Shown: positions 29,901-41,226 of the stretch, in pieces | Position numbering within the stretch: position 1 is the first letter of the stretch | How the letters are laid out: every line of letters begins with the position of its first letter | Made by a program: the position numbers and the translations under genes | The notes under the pieces: model-generated | Told to the model about the DNA's origin: nothing | Seen by the model: the letters and a program-made list of their open reading frames with translations, nothing else | Database searches by the model: none | From: Caecitellus pseudoparvulus | Taxonomy: Eukaryota; Protista; Bigyra: Bicosoecida | NCBI GenBank assembly: GCA_965644315.1 | Contig: CBFFRQ010000210.1 | Location: 1 to 48,119 of the forward strand | Reading direction: 5' to 3' | DNA length: 48,119 nt

Positions 29901-30810
29901 CGAGCACTGGCGCCTGCTGTGCTGGCTGGACAGCGAAGGTAGTCGGCGGGGCGGGTACACGCGGGTGTTCCCCACGGCACGTGTCAACGGCATCACGTAC
30001 AGGCAGTTCTTTGAGGAGGGCCGGCCGTTGAACGCGCTGTACGGCGCGTACCTCATGCGCCTCGCGGAATTTGAACGGGTCCTGCGTCAGCTGTTGACTG
30101 CCCAGTCACGGCCCCCCTCGCCAAGCGCGGCAGCGGAGGACGGCGCCATGGGCGAGGGGGAAGAGATGCAGGACAGCCGCCCCAGCTCATTAGCAGCGCC
30201 CCCAAGGGCAGCGTGGAGGGGGGGCATTCCGCCCTCCGAGCGGCGACAGGCCAGTCAGCTGGCTGCCGCAGCGGCCACTGAACACACAGATGGCGGATCA
30301 CTTGCCGGCACCCCAGCTGGGCGCAGTGTCGTGGTCATCCCCGGCACCTCTCGCCACCTGCCTGTGGCTGTCAGTGGCGACGCGTGGGCAGATACCCTCG
30401 CTGCCATCGGCACAGCGTCGCTGGAGGAGGTGGAACGCCGCACTCGTATAGCAGCCGACTACAAGTGGCGCCGGGCACAGCGGGCGCGAAACCGCCGAAC
30501 GCAGGCTGGCCTTGTGTCCCTGCCCTCTCCACGAGACGCACCTGAGCCGTCTGAGCCTGCCACAGGCGCTGCTGCCGCGAAAGCCGCCTTCGACCGGCTC
30601 ATGGGGGGGCGCGTGTCAGTTGCGGCGTTTGGCGACGCCAGCTCAAGCACCACGCACGCTCATGACTCCAGTGGCTTCGGCGGACACAACGCCCACACGG
30701 GGGTGGCGGCACTGGGCCTGCCGGCGCTGCTACTGGAGCCTTGGGGGCGGGCAGAAGCCAACAGCGAAGCGTTCAACCGCAGCAACCGGCGGTACTTCCT
30801 GGGCGTCTGA
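26968..30810 (+). CDS. Tubulin polyglutamylase, TTLL4/TTLL5 type
   Basis: QVVNQFPRTYEVTRKDTL, FLPATYVLP, WIVKPAASSKGKGI, IVSRYIDEP..VDGFKYDLRVY, EGLARFATE, HLTNYSLNK, CFQLFGFDVMMD..LNPWLLEVNFSPSL, and later RRGGYTRVFP as in TTLL4/5. Confidence 0.92.
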   Translation: MSTSPRTGHDAVESEADREAAAAAAAAERSASLWGRFNTAKRRYVAAVQGLPLLARVAPGVLPATVPAAAPTKGKVNVTLFSSITRPEMEAITEFRVARSAIASAHRALVRGGEAAPAKVSLEEVLGVPLPPPPARMAYRMANVSAPLMHCMFTAHGFKPSGNGASTFGGEAAPTSGAMDWHAMWVSSFLKSYAFQALRPGQVVNQFPRTYEVTRKDTLARNIMRMQELHGDRHFAFLPATYVLPADAAAFNAACARDPDTAWIVKPAASSKGKGIYIARCPEGYTQRDLAPGPTTPPDTPSSTPPTPPPDARRPAVSPLALAAAQAAAAAARSAGEDPAQSGTGSLSEVVNTARASNSGYRVSTATMGGPEFFTAANRRGMKRTPAHQALPSAPGMPPGSPGTAAAPLLGEGVARAVAAAAAEGLQGGVEDNCIVSRYIDEPALVDGFKYDLRVYAAVTSFCPLKVYIHKEGLARFATERYTPDPAQYQNKFVHLTNYSLNKASSKYQAGDGAEGAGHKWTLSALLARLLRDGVDVDAMWGRVEELIVKTLLSIEGNVTAAVNMFVPCPATNCFQLFGFDVMMDAELNPWLLEVNFSPSLATDSDLDLRVKSQVLADTLNLVGMPTATPPTPPFTRGRSKRRGRRATQPPPSKPVEAPPTPPCIFPAAPSSSSPTAQRGVPKLTLSGVGSRAQGGSGGRTAPSQPAALAAYAGGGVDAPPRPAHSRRRLLRNHERARALARSASTRRGRGGGHKAPADGHGLSGHERPAVDPAEEEEEGPEEEEEEVGGDAQEALALAAALNGGDQAAPSTAPVASDAPGPPSTAEHMRWLRAFYAEHFPLEVTLPTLAWASHGARVWSVLREAHPPAFASFTAKYAACLPSTIAHPPAPSAAFPTPLPLPGTAAHALQAAASSSPPRMLPASVDGLDATTAEDFGTAVAAGEYGAVQVFLERVQLASEPHKVPERVRRALIQDLSDEHWRLLCWLDSEGSRRGGYTRVFPTARVNGITYRQFFEEGRPLNALYGAYLMRLAEFERVLRQLLTAQSRPPSPSAAAEDGAMGEGEEMQDSRPSSLAAPPRAAWRGGIPPSERRQASQLAAAAATEHTDGGSLAGTPAGRSVVVIPGTSRHLPVAVSGDAWADTLAAIGTASLEEVERRTRIAADYKWRRAQRARNRRTQAGLVSLPSPRDAPEPSEPATGAAAAKAAFDRLMGGRVSVAAFGDASSSTTHAHDSSGFGGHNAHTGVAALGLPALLLEPWGRAEANSEAFNRSNRRYFLGV

Positions 30811-30819
30811 CACCCACGC

Positions 30820-32202
30820 TCACAATTCAGAGTGGTCCCACTGCCCGTCATCGAAGAGCGGCGTGGCCTGCAATGCACGCTGGATGCCCAAGCCTGCTGC
30901 GTGGCCCTGACCAGGTACGCTGATGTGGGTGCTCCCCGCCACCTTCTGACCTCGCAGGGAAACGCCGAAGACTTTGATGGCGTACCGCCCAGGCGCCAGC
31001 CCTTGCACGTGCCAGTGCAGCTGCATCCCCAGTGAAGACCCCGACTCCGAGTCCACCTGTACCGTGTCGCGCCACAGTTGCTCGGTGTGTGCGGTGGCGA
31101 AGTACTCTGAAAAGGTACCGTGGCGCCCCTGCCAGGACCCTGGCATGCCGCGTTGCTGCTGCACAAGCGCCTGCGCAGCCTGCGGTGAGGAGCAGGACGA
31201 GGCATATGCTGCACGGCCATGAGGCGAGCCTTGCAGCCCTTGCACGACTAGGCAAAGTTGAGTGTGCGTGGGATGCAGGGCGGGGCTCTGCGTCGTGTCC
31301 AGGAAAACTTGGGCAGTGCCGTCAAGAAACGGTCCGTGCACACGCACACCCAACGAGCCTGGCTGAGTGACTTGCAGCACTGAGGCCGCCGGCGGGGCAT
31401 GGGCAACATGGGCAGCTTGCTGCGCCATGACCTGTGGTACCGACAAGCTGAATAGCGGCACGGCGAAGGGGAGGCTTCCTGCCGAGCGGGGAGCGAGTGA
31501 CATGCCCAGCTCCAGTGCGGCACACGCGAGCACCGCAAGAGCGACCGCATGCAGGACAGGCAGTGCCCCTCCCTGCTTGGAACGCCAAAAGGACTGAGGA
31601 CACAGCATGACGTCAGCCGCAGAGGGGGGTGTGAGGCTGTGCTTTGCTGCACGTGTGGCTTGTACGGCAGAGGCTGGTCTCGCTTCGCCCTGTAGCTCTG
31701 CGGCCCCCGCACCCAGATGAGAAGGACAGGGAGGTGGTTCGGGAAAGTCAAAAGAATCCACCACTTGCTGGGCAGGTGCATCTTCGAAGGCGTGCCCGGG
31801 TTGAGCTTTGGCTGGTCCTCTCGAAGCCCCGCACGATCTGCGCTTGGCCAGGCCAGTGGCTACTTGTGCTTGCAGTCCCTGTGCAGCCGAGACCCCCGCA
31901 CCCAAAGCGCCACCTGAATCTTGCGGTGTGGAAAATGATGATGTTTTACCCTTCTTACTGTTAGCTGTGGTTGATTCGGCGCCGGTCGCTCCCAAGGGCT
32001 GCCGCGTACGCTTGCCTTCTGGTGGCGCGTTCAAGATGGCTTGACGCAAGTTCCGCAGCTTGCGTGTAGGCGACTTGCTGGAGAGAGCGTCTTGCAGCAC
32101 CAGCCTCAAGTTAATCCCTGCTCCCTCAGCAGTGGGGATATCTTGCCATGGCTTGTCTTGGCATCGCTGCAGCTTGCTTGCGTTGTCAATCGCGCGCAGC
32201 AT
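30820..32202 (-). CDS. Hypothetical protein with one central hydrophobic (TM) segment
   Basis: 460-aa ATG ORF filling the gap between neighbours. Basic N-terminal half, VLHAVALAVLACAALELGM segment, beta-rich C-terminal region (HVQGLAPGRYAIKVFGV). Confidence 0.55.
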   Translation of the reverse strand: MLRAIDNASKLQRCQDKPWQDIPTAEGAGINLRLVLQDALSSKSPTRKLRNLRQAILNAPPEGKRTRQPLGATGAESTTANSKKGKTSSFSTPQDSGGALGAGVSAAQGLQAQVATGLAKRRSCGASRGPAKAQPGHAFEDAPAQQVVDSFDFPEPPPCPSHLGAGAAELQGEARPASAVQATRAAKHSLTPPSAADVMLCPQSFWRSKQGGALPVLHAVALAVLACAALELGMSLAPRSAGSLPFAVPLFSLSVPQVMAQQAAHVAHAPPAASVLQVTQPGSLGVRVHGPFLDGTAQVFLDTTQSPALHPTHTQLCLVVQGLQGSPHGRAAYASSCSSPQAAQALVQQQRGMPGSWQGRHGTFSEYFATAHTEQLWRDTVQVDSESGSSLGMQLHWHVQGLAPGRYAIKVFGVSLRGQKVAGSTHISVPGQGHAAGLGIQRALQATPLFDDGQWDHSEL

Positions 32203-32631
32203 CGTGGCAAGTCACCGTCGTCCTTTGCAAAGGCTGAGTAGTCCCAAGCCTACACGGCCCAGCAGATGCCTTTGGGTCACAGCACGGGTCCTAGCATGGG
32301 GATACTGGGCAGTTGGCTTGATGAAGGAGGTAATTTTCGGAGGCTGGGTTTCTGAGCATCACTGTGAAATGGAGCATGCCAAGGCCTCAACCCGAACTCT
32401 CCGCGCGACACTCGGGCACGGACAAAACCACCCTACACACACCCTTACACACCCACTTGAACGCTGGAGCCCTCTTTCTTCGGGGCTGCATCTTCCCTGC
32501 GCATACCAGCTGTGAGTCCCCGGCAGGCCCTGGCGTGGCAGGCGTGCACGCAGGGCAGGCACCCTTTCTCCGCGCTCAGCGCAAACGCCCCCTTCAACCC
32601 CATCCTCCTCACCCCGCTCTCAGTTTTCACC

Positions 32632-33752
32632 ATGCTGACTGTCCTTGCTGTACTGGCGGCCACAGCGGCCATGGCCTCTGCGCAAGACCCTGCCCAAGGT
32701 GCGTGCCCAAGTGCACTGCACCTGCACGCGCTCCTGCACAGACGCCCATCATGGCCTCCTGCCACCGCAACACGCTCCGTTCACCCCCTCAACTGGCAGG
32801 CTGGATGGCATACGCCACGGGGTATGCCCCCAACAAGGGCGGGTGCGTGCAGCACAGTGTCGTAGCAACCCCCCACCCTCCTGCAGCCCCACCCACCTCG
32901 CACACTCGCAGGAAGCTCACTTTCATGGAGGCCTCGTGGGTAGTGCCCGACGACCCCGTCCGTGGCGGCGCCTTTTTCAGCCCCTGGTTTGGCATTGAGT
33001 CTGCCGACAACCTGAACCTCATCCAGCCTGTCAACCCCTGGACAGGTCCGTGCACACACAGCGCCCCCGCCCACCCGCCCAGTCTTCATCGTGCCCCCTC
33101 TCTCTTCCAACCCACCGCAGGCTACGAGTGGCAGGCGTACAACGGTGTGTGCATTCCGTGCACGCGCCACCTACCAGGTGGAAGTGTGGCACCCCCTTTG
33201 CCCAATGCGCGCAGAGTACTTCCAGTGGAGCCCCACCTACAACCAGAACTCCAAGGCCATCAGCGTCAGCGCCGGCGACGTGCTGTACGGATCCGTCACC
33301 CTGGACGAGAGCACCAACACGTACCACGTGTACCACTCCGACTTGAACACCACCCAGAGCGTCACCTTTGACATCAAGATCCAGAACGGACCCGATGGCA
33401 AGCCCAAGACCTTTGACCACGCCTTCATCGTGCGTGCCCGCATGCCATGCGGCCCACACTCCTGCCTCGCGCACATTGGCCCTTGTCACGCCGCATGCAC
33501 TCTTCCTTGGCGCAGGTGATGGAGAAGAGCCAGTGGGCGTGCGACCAGTACCCTCCCAACAACGAGGTGACGTTCTTCGACATCACCATGAAGTTCGACG
33601 GGGAGAAGGTGTCCCCCAAGTGGACCACTGCCTTCGTTGATGACCACTGCGACTGCCGCGCGCAAGTCGTGGATGAGAGCACCATCAAGATCACGTGGGA
33701 CTCCACCGGCGGCGGTGGTGGTTCCACCACCACCTGGCCAGAGCTGGCCTGA
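32632..33752 (+). CDS. Secreted beta-sandwich protein, glutamic peptidase G1 (eqolisin)/concanavalin-like, spliced (about 5 introns)
   Basis: Signal peptide MLTVLAVLAATAAMASA. Exons give GWMAYA...ASWVVP...FSPWFGIESADNLNLIQPVNPW...EYFQWSP...VSAGDVLYGSV...AFI/VMEK...VTFFDI. The gene is well supported; the family call is an inference. Confidence 0.65.
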
Positions 33753-33812
33753 GAGCGGTGCACTTCACATGCATTGCACAAGAGGTGTGGCACGGAAATG
33801 CAACACACCCCA

Positions 33813-36800
33813 TCACACTGTTTCTCGCATAGGGTTGGCGTCCATGTTGATTTCATCTCCGCTTCCGACTTGGGTGACTGTGGCAGGCGCTTCGCTCGGC
33901 GCGTCAGACCCCGCTGAGTCGCCGTGCCCAGCCTTGCGCTGCCGGTAGTACTTAAACGCCGCCACGCATGCGACAGCCAGGAAGATGAACCCTACTAGCG
34001 CACCCCCTGCAGCGGCCGAGTTGTTTCGCTCTGCTTCAGACACCTCAACCGCGCTGTTTGCCCCACCTCCAGACAACAGCTCCTCTTCCGGACCCTGCCC
34101 GCCTGTATCGGTCGCATTTGCCAGGCTGCTTGTGTTTGTGAGCGCAGCAACAGAGGGCAGAGGGAGGACAGGGATAGGTGTTCGCGTAGGACTCGCTGCC
34201 AGCTTAGGGCGTGTGGCGCTGGCTGAGGTGCTGGCTGACGCAGATGGTGTGGCACTCGCAGCGGTCTGCTGTCCGCCACCCTGGCCACCACCCTGGCCAC
34301 CACTCTGACCGCCACTCTGGCCGCCACCCATGGGAGAAGTGGCTGAGGCGCTGGGCGTGGTGCTAGCTGTGGCGCTGGCTGAGGTGCTGGCTGAGGCAGA
34401 CGGAGTGGCAGTGGTGCTGGGTGTGGCAGTAGTGCTGGCTGAGTTGGACGGGGTTGCACTGACCGTTGCTTGCTGGCCACCATCTTGACCACCACCCTGG
34501 CCGCCAGTCTGTCCGCCAGACTGCCCGCCAGTCTGTCCGCCAGTCTGACCGCCACCTTGACCACCACCCTGGCCACCACCCTGGCCACCACCTTGGCCGC
34601 CACCGATAGGCGTGGCGCTGGCTGTGGATGAGGCTGAGGCTGAGGTAGACGGCGTGGCACTTGCACCTGCATGCTGTCCTCCGCCCTGGCCACCACCTTG
34701 GCCCCCTCCGATAGGCGTGGCGCTGGCTGTGGCTGTGGCTGAGGCTGAGGCTGTGGCGCTAGGAGAGGTGCTTGCAGAGGCGCTTGCCGTGGCTGTGGAT
34801 GAGGCTGAGGCTGAGGAGGACGGCGTGGCACTTGCACCTGCATGCTGTCCTCCGCCCTGGCCACCACCCTGGCCACCCCCTTGGCTGCCGCCCTGGCCAC
34901 CTCCGATTGGGGTGGCACTTGCTGTGGCTGTGGCAGATGGAGTGCTTGTTGGTTGTGGAGTTACAGCTGGGGATGGTGCAGTGAGAATTGTCTTGTCTAG
35001 GAGCGTGTACCCTTGCCCTGGATCTGCGAAAGGGGACACACCCCACCCATCAAACATGGCCTTCATGACCGCAAACGCACTGTGCGCTTGGGAAAATGCG
35101 GGGGTGTCAGCGATGGCCAGCGCTTGCTGAATGGTGTGCACCGCTGAGTCTGTGGCACTGCTACTGCTGCCTTGGACAGTGTAGTCGAAGGAAACACTGG
35201 GTGGGGCGGGGGTCGTGGTCCTCTCAAATGCACTGCTGGGGAGTCCGGTAATGGCTTGGAGATCAGTGAAGAACCCGGCGACGATTGCGTTGACCGAGTC
35301 GGGAAGATTGCTCATGTATGTTTCGTGTAGGTTTGTGATTTGCAGCTTCATGGTGACCTTCTTCCCGTTCCCAAGGCACACGGTAGAGATGGGCTGCGCG
35401 GATGCATGTGCCTGGAAGCAGCCCCCGTTATCCAGAGCATCCACAGCTGCTGCGACGCTGAGAGATCCCAGCGCGGAAGCAACGGCATGAAGAGTGGCGT
35501 TTGAAGGCTCGTTTGCAAATGGCGCTGACAGGGCAGCGAGCAGGGTGGACTGCAGGTTGGGCAAGGCCGCCGCAGTCTTGGCCACAGATAGGGCCGCGTG
35601 TAGCTCTACCCGGACCTGTGCCATGCTGCAGCAGTCTGTGGCAGTGTACTGTGCGAGTGCTTGGCTGCACGCTGCTGGGCAAGTGCTTGGTAGGGAGGCC
35701 TCGCCCGCTGCAGCTGTCAGCACCGTGCTGCACGCGAGTGCGATGGCCAGGGAAGGCAGAGCAGCTTGTGTATCTGCTGACTGCTTCGTCAGCCAATCAT
35801 GGGTGGGGACTGAAGGCACAGCAGCCAATGCCGTGGCGGTGTCAACGTTTAACACTGCCTCAGTGCGACTGTTCGCGGTGACTGGCGCGACACAGGAACC
35901 CCCAGCCGGCTTGGCGGCACAGGCGTCACCCACAAGTGCGCGAACTCGGCCAGCCATGTTCGCAGCTTCGACGAGGGACACCGACTCCTCCCACACCGCT
36001 AGCGACTGAGCAGTCGAGTTTAACATTCCCACGAAAGCACGTGCATGGCTAGCGTACCCCAAGCGCTGGCGCAGCGCCCGGAGGGGGAGCTGCTCGAGCA
36101 TGGTAGATGCGAAGGCGGCCTGCTTGATGCCGCAGTGAGTGCAGATCCCGCTATCAGACAAGACAGCATTGGTCACGAACATGGAGTTTGCAGTTGTGCC
36201 AATCCATGGATGGGGCGCGGTGCTCAGGGCACGGCGGCGGTTGGTGTACAGAATGCAGACGCGCTGCACGAGGCGTTCCCAACGCAGCATGACTTGGTCT
36301 CGGCATCCCCCCACAATCCCAGCATCTGCAGCGATCTCAGCTTCGAAGAGTGGGAGGACGTCCGTGTAGCACCCATCGCTGCAAAAGAGGGGACCTCTCG
36401 TCTGCCCGCGGTCCCCGAACTCGGCGTTGGTGCGGTTGTGGAAGAAGAGCGCATCCTGCGTGCACTGCTGCTGGCTGGAAGTGCCGCTTGCCTGTGCCGC
36501 CGCTGCAACCTGATGCAGCAAGTACACAAACACGTTTGTGATGTCCAGCGCATTGTGGCAGTCAGTGACCGGGGCAGGCCGGCCTCCTCCACCTGTGCTT
36601 CCAGAGGCATCCCCCAGGGACACAGAAGTCATCATCACGCCGAACGCCTCCAAAAAGTACCCCGGAAGATCTTTACACTGGGCGGTGCCGGAAATGGTCT
36701 TCGAGCAGAGAAAGTCAATCGTCTGGGTGACAAGGGGGGCAGATGGGTCGCCACCCGCTTGGAATGCCCGCAAATCAGTTTGTGTGGCTTGGATGCAAGT

Positions 36801-37997
36801 CGGCGTGCAAGCAGCGCCCCCGTTGAACTGCTGAATGGCGCTGGCCTGAGACTGCGCTGTGGGTGTGTGCGCCAAATCATCGGGGTGCATGAGGAAGTCC
36901 TGAAGAAAGTTCACCAACGTATTGCCCGTGCTGTACAGGCCCGTGCAGGTCGCCGCTGTGGCGCGGCAGTCCATGACGATGCTGCGCAGGAACTCCACCT
37001 CACGGAAGCAAGCTGGAAGACCTCGGAAGGACTCAGGAATCTTGTGTAGCTTTCCTTCAATGTCTGGGTGCAATGCGCATCCTGCTGTGCAGATGTTGCT
37101 ACGTTCGTCGGCTGTCATGGCAGTGCGGTAGCCATCCAGCGCCAAGCGGACAATGGGCACGATGCACTCCAGCAGGGGCAGGGACTGCCCAGCGGCAGCC
37201 TCAAGACCTTGGGAAACGTGAACAGGGCACACTGCCTCGTGCTCCCCGCAGGCAGCCGAGATGAACCCTGCTGCTTCGGCGTGTACCATCAAGGAACAGG
37301 CTTCGTCCTGATCCAAGCCAGCGCCGCTCGACCCCCTGTTCGCCACCAGGCTGGTTCGGACTCCCTCGAGGTAGTCCACCGTGCACTGGTGCCTGCACAG
37401 AGAGGACATGTCTGTCGTCCAGGTGCTCATGCCCGAGTAGGGAGTGGACACCAAGTATCCGTTCTGCCCGTTCGTCGCCGCGGTGTTGAGACCTGTGACT
37501 GTCATGGAGCAGTCCACAGAAGTGGTGGGAACAGGCAGTGCAATGGGCCCTGGCACAGGGAGGGTGGGGATGTATGTCCCGCCATTGATGTCCTTGGCGC
37601 CAGTTGGGATCGTGTAGCCGTGGGCCTCCAACAGCACGGCGGGAGTGAGGACGTCAACATCCTTGCACTTGTTCCGGCGCAAATGCCCGCGGCGGGCAAA
37701 CAAGGCCGCAGGCATGTCGACGTCAGGAGCGGTCGCGAACTGCAATGCATACGACGCGTAATTCTCTGGGCCGAGGCGCTGTGCAAGGGCGGCGCGAGCG
37801 CGGGAGGGTCAAGCGAACGCAGGGCTAATTTTTGCGCGTGCGAGGAGGTGCCCATCCCCAACAGAGGGAATGGAAGCACCTAGAGCATGCACTTGGCAGG
37901 GCATGTCCGGGGCCAATTCAACCATTGCGTTTCGTACCGCTTGAGTGGTGGCCACACACGCCAGGGCCAAGATCAGGGCGGCCTCAGCAGCTCGCAT
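33813..37997 (-). CDS. Large type-I membrane surface glycoprotein: Cys-rich ectodomain, SEA-like segment, GGGQ/SAT-repeat stalk, TM, short tail
   Basis: Signal peptide MRAAEAALILALACVATTQA from the ATG at 37997. An intron must span the in-frame TGA at 37809 (likely acceptor ttgcacag near 37780). 1310-aa main ORF, TM ALVGFIFLAVACVAAF followed by KYYRQRK, ends NPMRETV. Confidence 0.8.
34210..34960 (-). repeat. Coding minisatellite: alternating (GGGQ)n and (SATASA/TPS)n blocks
   Basis: 12-bp ccaccaccctgg-type units on the plus strand. The higher-order unit ATP(I/M)GGGQ...ASATPS occurs about 4 times. Confidence 0.88.
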
Positions 37998-38923
37998 TGT
38001 GTGAAAGCAAGTGTGGTGTGCACTGAAGGCAGCGTGATGCCGCTGCCTGTTTAACCAGGTTGCTGTGAAGGGCCAGGATCCACCTGAAGACGCGGGCGCA
38101 GAAAAGTGCACCCCGAAAAGCGGCTGGGCAGGGCGCGCGCGCGCGCTGCAGGCCTGCGTGCTGCACGTGTGAACGCACGGACCTGCCGGCAGCCTCTGGC
38201 AGCGAAGCAAACTCAGTGAAGGAGCCTGGAGGCTTGTGCACGGCGGCAGAAGCTGGACAGCGGCGAGCGACTCACAGGGTGCGAGGTATGTTGGGAGTGT
38301 GCACACTGCCGGCGTGCGCCTGGTGAGCTTTCCTCGGAGGGGGGTGGCAACACCCCTTGAAGGAACCTTGGATGGAGGCGTGTGGAGCTGGCGCGGAAGG
38401 CGCAGCATAGACCCAGTGCGAGGGCCTGGAGAGGTAAAGGTACCACGTGCGACCACCTTGGGTGCTACTCGTCGAGCATGATGGACGCGCCGGTGGGTCA
38501 GCCACTGGCGTTGGCACGGCGCGGATTTTGAACGCAACGCAAGCCGCGCAAAGGTCACAGCGAGGGCACAACGGCTTGCCAGCGCAAAGGAGCCCAGGGA
38601 ACAGTCCCCGGGCACTTGGGCATTAAGCGCGTATCGCCGGGAATGCTGTGCATCGTTGGCTCTCTTCTCAACTTGGCGTACTGCAGCCTTCTTCTCTCAA
38701 CCCTTCAGTCCACCCGCGTGTTGCCAGGTGTAGCGCTCAGGCCGACAGGTACAGTGGTCTGCTGTAATCAAAACCAGCAAAAATACAACGCTCGGCGTGA
38801 ATTTTCATCGTTGACGCTGCAGTGCTCTGACTTTTGTGCAGCTCCTGCTGGTGCCACTGCTTCTTGTGCTGGTGTGAGCGGGTGGATTTCACGAAGGCCC
38901 CGTGCCGCGGCAGACGAAGCAAC

Positions 38924-41226
38924 ATGGCCTCAGAAAGCGCAGCTGCAGCTGCGGCTGAAGTCCAACCAGAACCCCTTACCCTGGAGGCTGTCATTGGCTT
39001 CAATGGTGCGGCGAAGCAGCACGGGGCAGGCTGCAGTCCTGAGCCGAATTCCGCACTTGCCTGCCGTTGCCCTGTCTCTGCGCAGGAAGGGTGCCAAACG
39101 GCCTGGTCGCGCACCCAGATGGAGTCCATGTGATCTTTCCACTGGGATCCACAGTTGTCATCAAGGACACCGTCAAGAACACGCAGGCTTTCCTGCAAGG
39201 CCACACCGACTCTGTGTCCACCTTGGCACTGTCTCCCGATGGCACCTTGCTGGCTAGTGGGCAAGAAACCAGCATGGGGTACAAAGTGAGTCAGAGACGC
39301 AGTGCTCGCACACTTCCTTAGTCTTTGCAGTGCCTCAGAGTGCCTGTACGCGGGCGTGTGGCCCGGTTTGCCGCCGCATGTGCGCTCCCCATGGCGCGAT
39401 GACAGCTCGCTGGCCGGCAACACCCACGCAGCTGCACCCGCCGCTCACGCCCCGCGCAGGCCTCCATCATGCTCTGGGACGTCGCAGCGGCCATCGCCAA
39501 TGGAAACACCAGCGTGACCGAAGGCGAGCTGCTGCACGAGCTGTCCCTGCACAAGGGGCGCATTCAGGACTTGGCCTTTTCCCACGACGGCGCGCTGCTG
39601 GCGTCGCTGGGCGGAGCGGACGACAACAACTTGGTGATTTGGGACACAGCCAGCGGCAGCCCCGTGTGTGGCTCCCCTGCTGCCACGCATGCCGCTGCCA
39701 CGGTCACCTTCTTCAACAACTCCTCCGACCAACTGCTGACATCAGGGCACTACCACATCCGGCGGTGGGACCTGGACCTCACGCGGCGCCGGTTGTACCC
39801 CACCGACGTCGCCGTCGGCGTCATCAAGCGCAGCATCAACTGCCTGGCCCTCTCAGACGACGACTGCACGGCCTGGTGCGGCACCCGCTCTGGGGACATC
39901 CTGGAGATCGACGTGCTCAACGGCCGCTTCGTACGCGCCTCCACCCACCGCTTCTCCCTGGGCGTCCTGTCCGTGGCGTTCGTGCCGGGCGGCGCGGGGT
40001 CCCCCCATGACTTCGTCGTGGCGGGCAACGGCGACGGCTCCCTCGTCCGCCTGTCCACCGCCAAGCTGTCCGTGTCCAAGGCGGTGCAGCTGCTGGGCGG
40101 CGTCACCTCCATCACCCTGAGCCCCGACCGCAGCCAGTTCCTGGCAGGCACCAACGACGGCAACAGGTACCTGGTGGACGTGGAGGCGTTCGAGACGCCC
40201 GAGCTGCGCGGCACAGCCCACGCTGACCCCATCACTGACGTCGTCTTCCCCGCTGAGTCCAGCGCGCTGTTCCTCACCGCCTCCAAGCGCGACATCCGGC
40301 TGTGGAACGCCGAGACGCGCATGGAGCTGCTGCGCATCCAGGTGCCCAACCTGACCTGCCTCTGCCTCGCCCTGGCGCGCGACGGCAAGAGCATCGTGTC
40401 GGGGTGGGACGACGGCAAGATCCGGGCATTCGCGCCGGAGAGCGGCAAGCTGCAGTACGTCATCCCCGACGCCCACGCGGACGCCGTGACAGCGCTGACG
40501 CTGACGTCCAACGGCGCACGCATCGTGTCTGGTGGGCGGGATGGGCGAGTGCGGGTGTGGAACGTGTCCGGGCGCACGCAGGTGATGGAGGTGAGCTTCA
40601 AGGAGCACAAGAAGGCCGTGACGCACATCGCCCTGACGCGGGACGACACGGAGGCCGTGACGAGCGCCGAGGACGGCTCGTGCATTGTGTGGAACCTGGT
40701 GCGGGGCGTGCGCGCCAACGCGCTCTTCGCCAGCACTATGTTCCGCAGCGTGCTGTACCACCCCGACGAGAGCCAGCTGCTGACGGTGGGCTCTGACCGC
40801 AAGCTGTCGTACTGGGACGCGTCGGACTGCTCCGCCATCCGTGTCATCGACGGCAGCACGGCAGAAATCACCACTGCGGACATTGAGCCGGATGGCGTGG
40901 TGGTGGCCACTGGCGGCCGGGACAAGCTGGTCAAGGTGTGGGTGTACGACGAGGGCATCCACACGCACACAGGGGCAGGGCACAGCGGCGCAGTGGCCCG
41001 TCTGCGCATCTCCCCCGACCAGACCTGCATCGTCAGTGTGGGCGAGGAGGGCGCCATCTTCATGTGGACCATGCCGCCGATGGGTGCCGTGGACATGATC
41101 GCGGGCGGGTACGTGCCCAAGGCGGGCATGACGGAGGAGGAAGAAGGCGAGGGGGAGGCTGCAGCGGCCGCGGAGGGTGCCCACAGCGAGTACAAGGCAG
41201 ACGTCGGCACCGGCGCCGGGTTGTAG
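38924..41226 (+). CDS. CFAP52: Cilia- and flagella-associated protein 52 (WDR16), spliced (2 introns)
   Basis: LTLEAVIGFN/GRVPNGLVAHPD...FPLGSTVVI...FLQGH...LASGQETSMGYK/ASIMLWD...LHKGRIQDLAFS...LASLGGADDN...ELLRIQVPNL...SGWDDGKIRAFAPESGKL, the hallmark WD40 sequence of WDR16/FAP52. Confidence 0.93.

Noticed and set aside
37998-38923. ORFs 37809-38615 (-) and 38616-39257 (+), and a (GC)n tract near 38131, in the divergent promoter region
   Set aside because: Non-ATG starts and no recognisable motifs. Only the 3' end of the first ORF (signal peptide exon) is used. The GC tract is too short to call.
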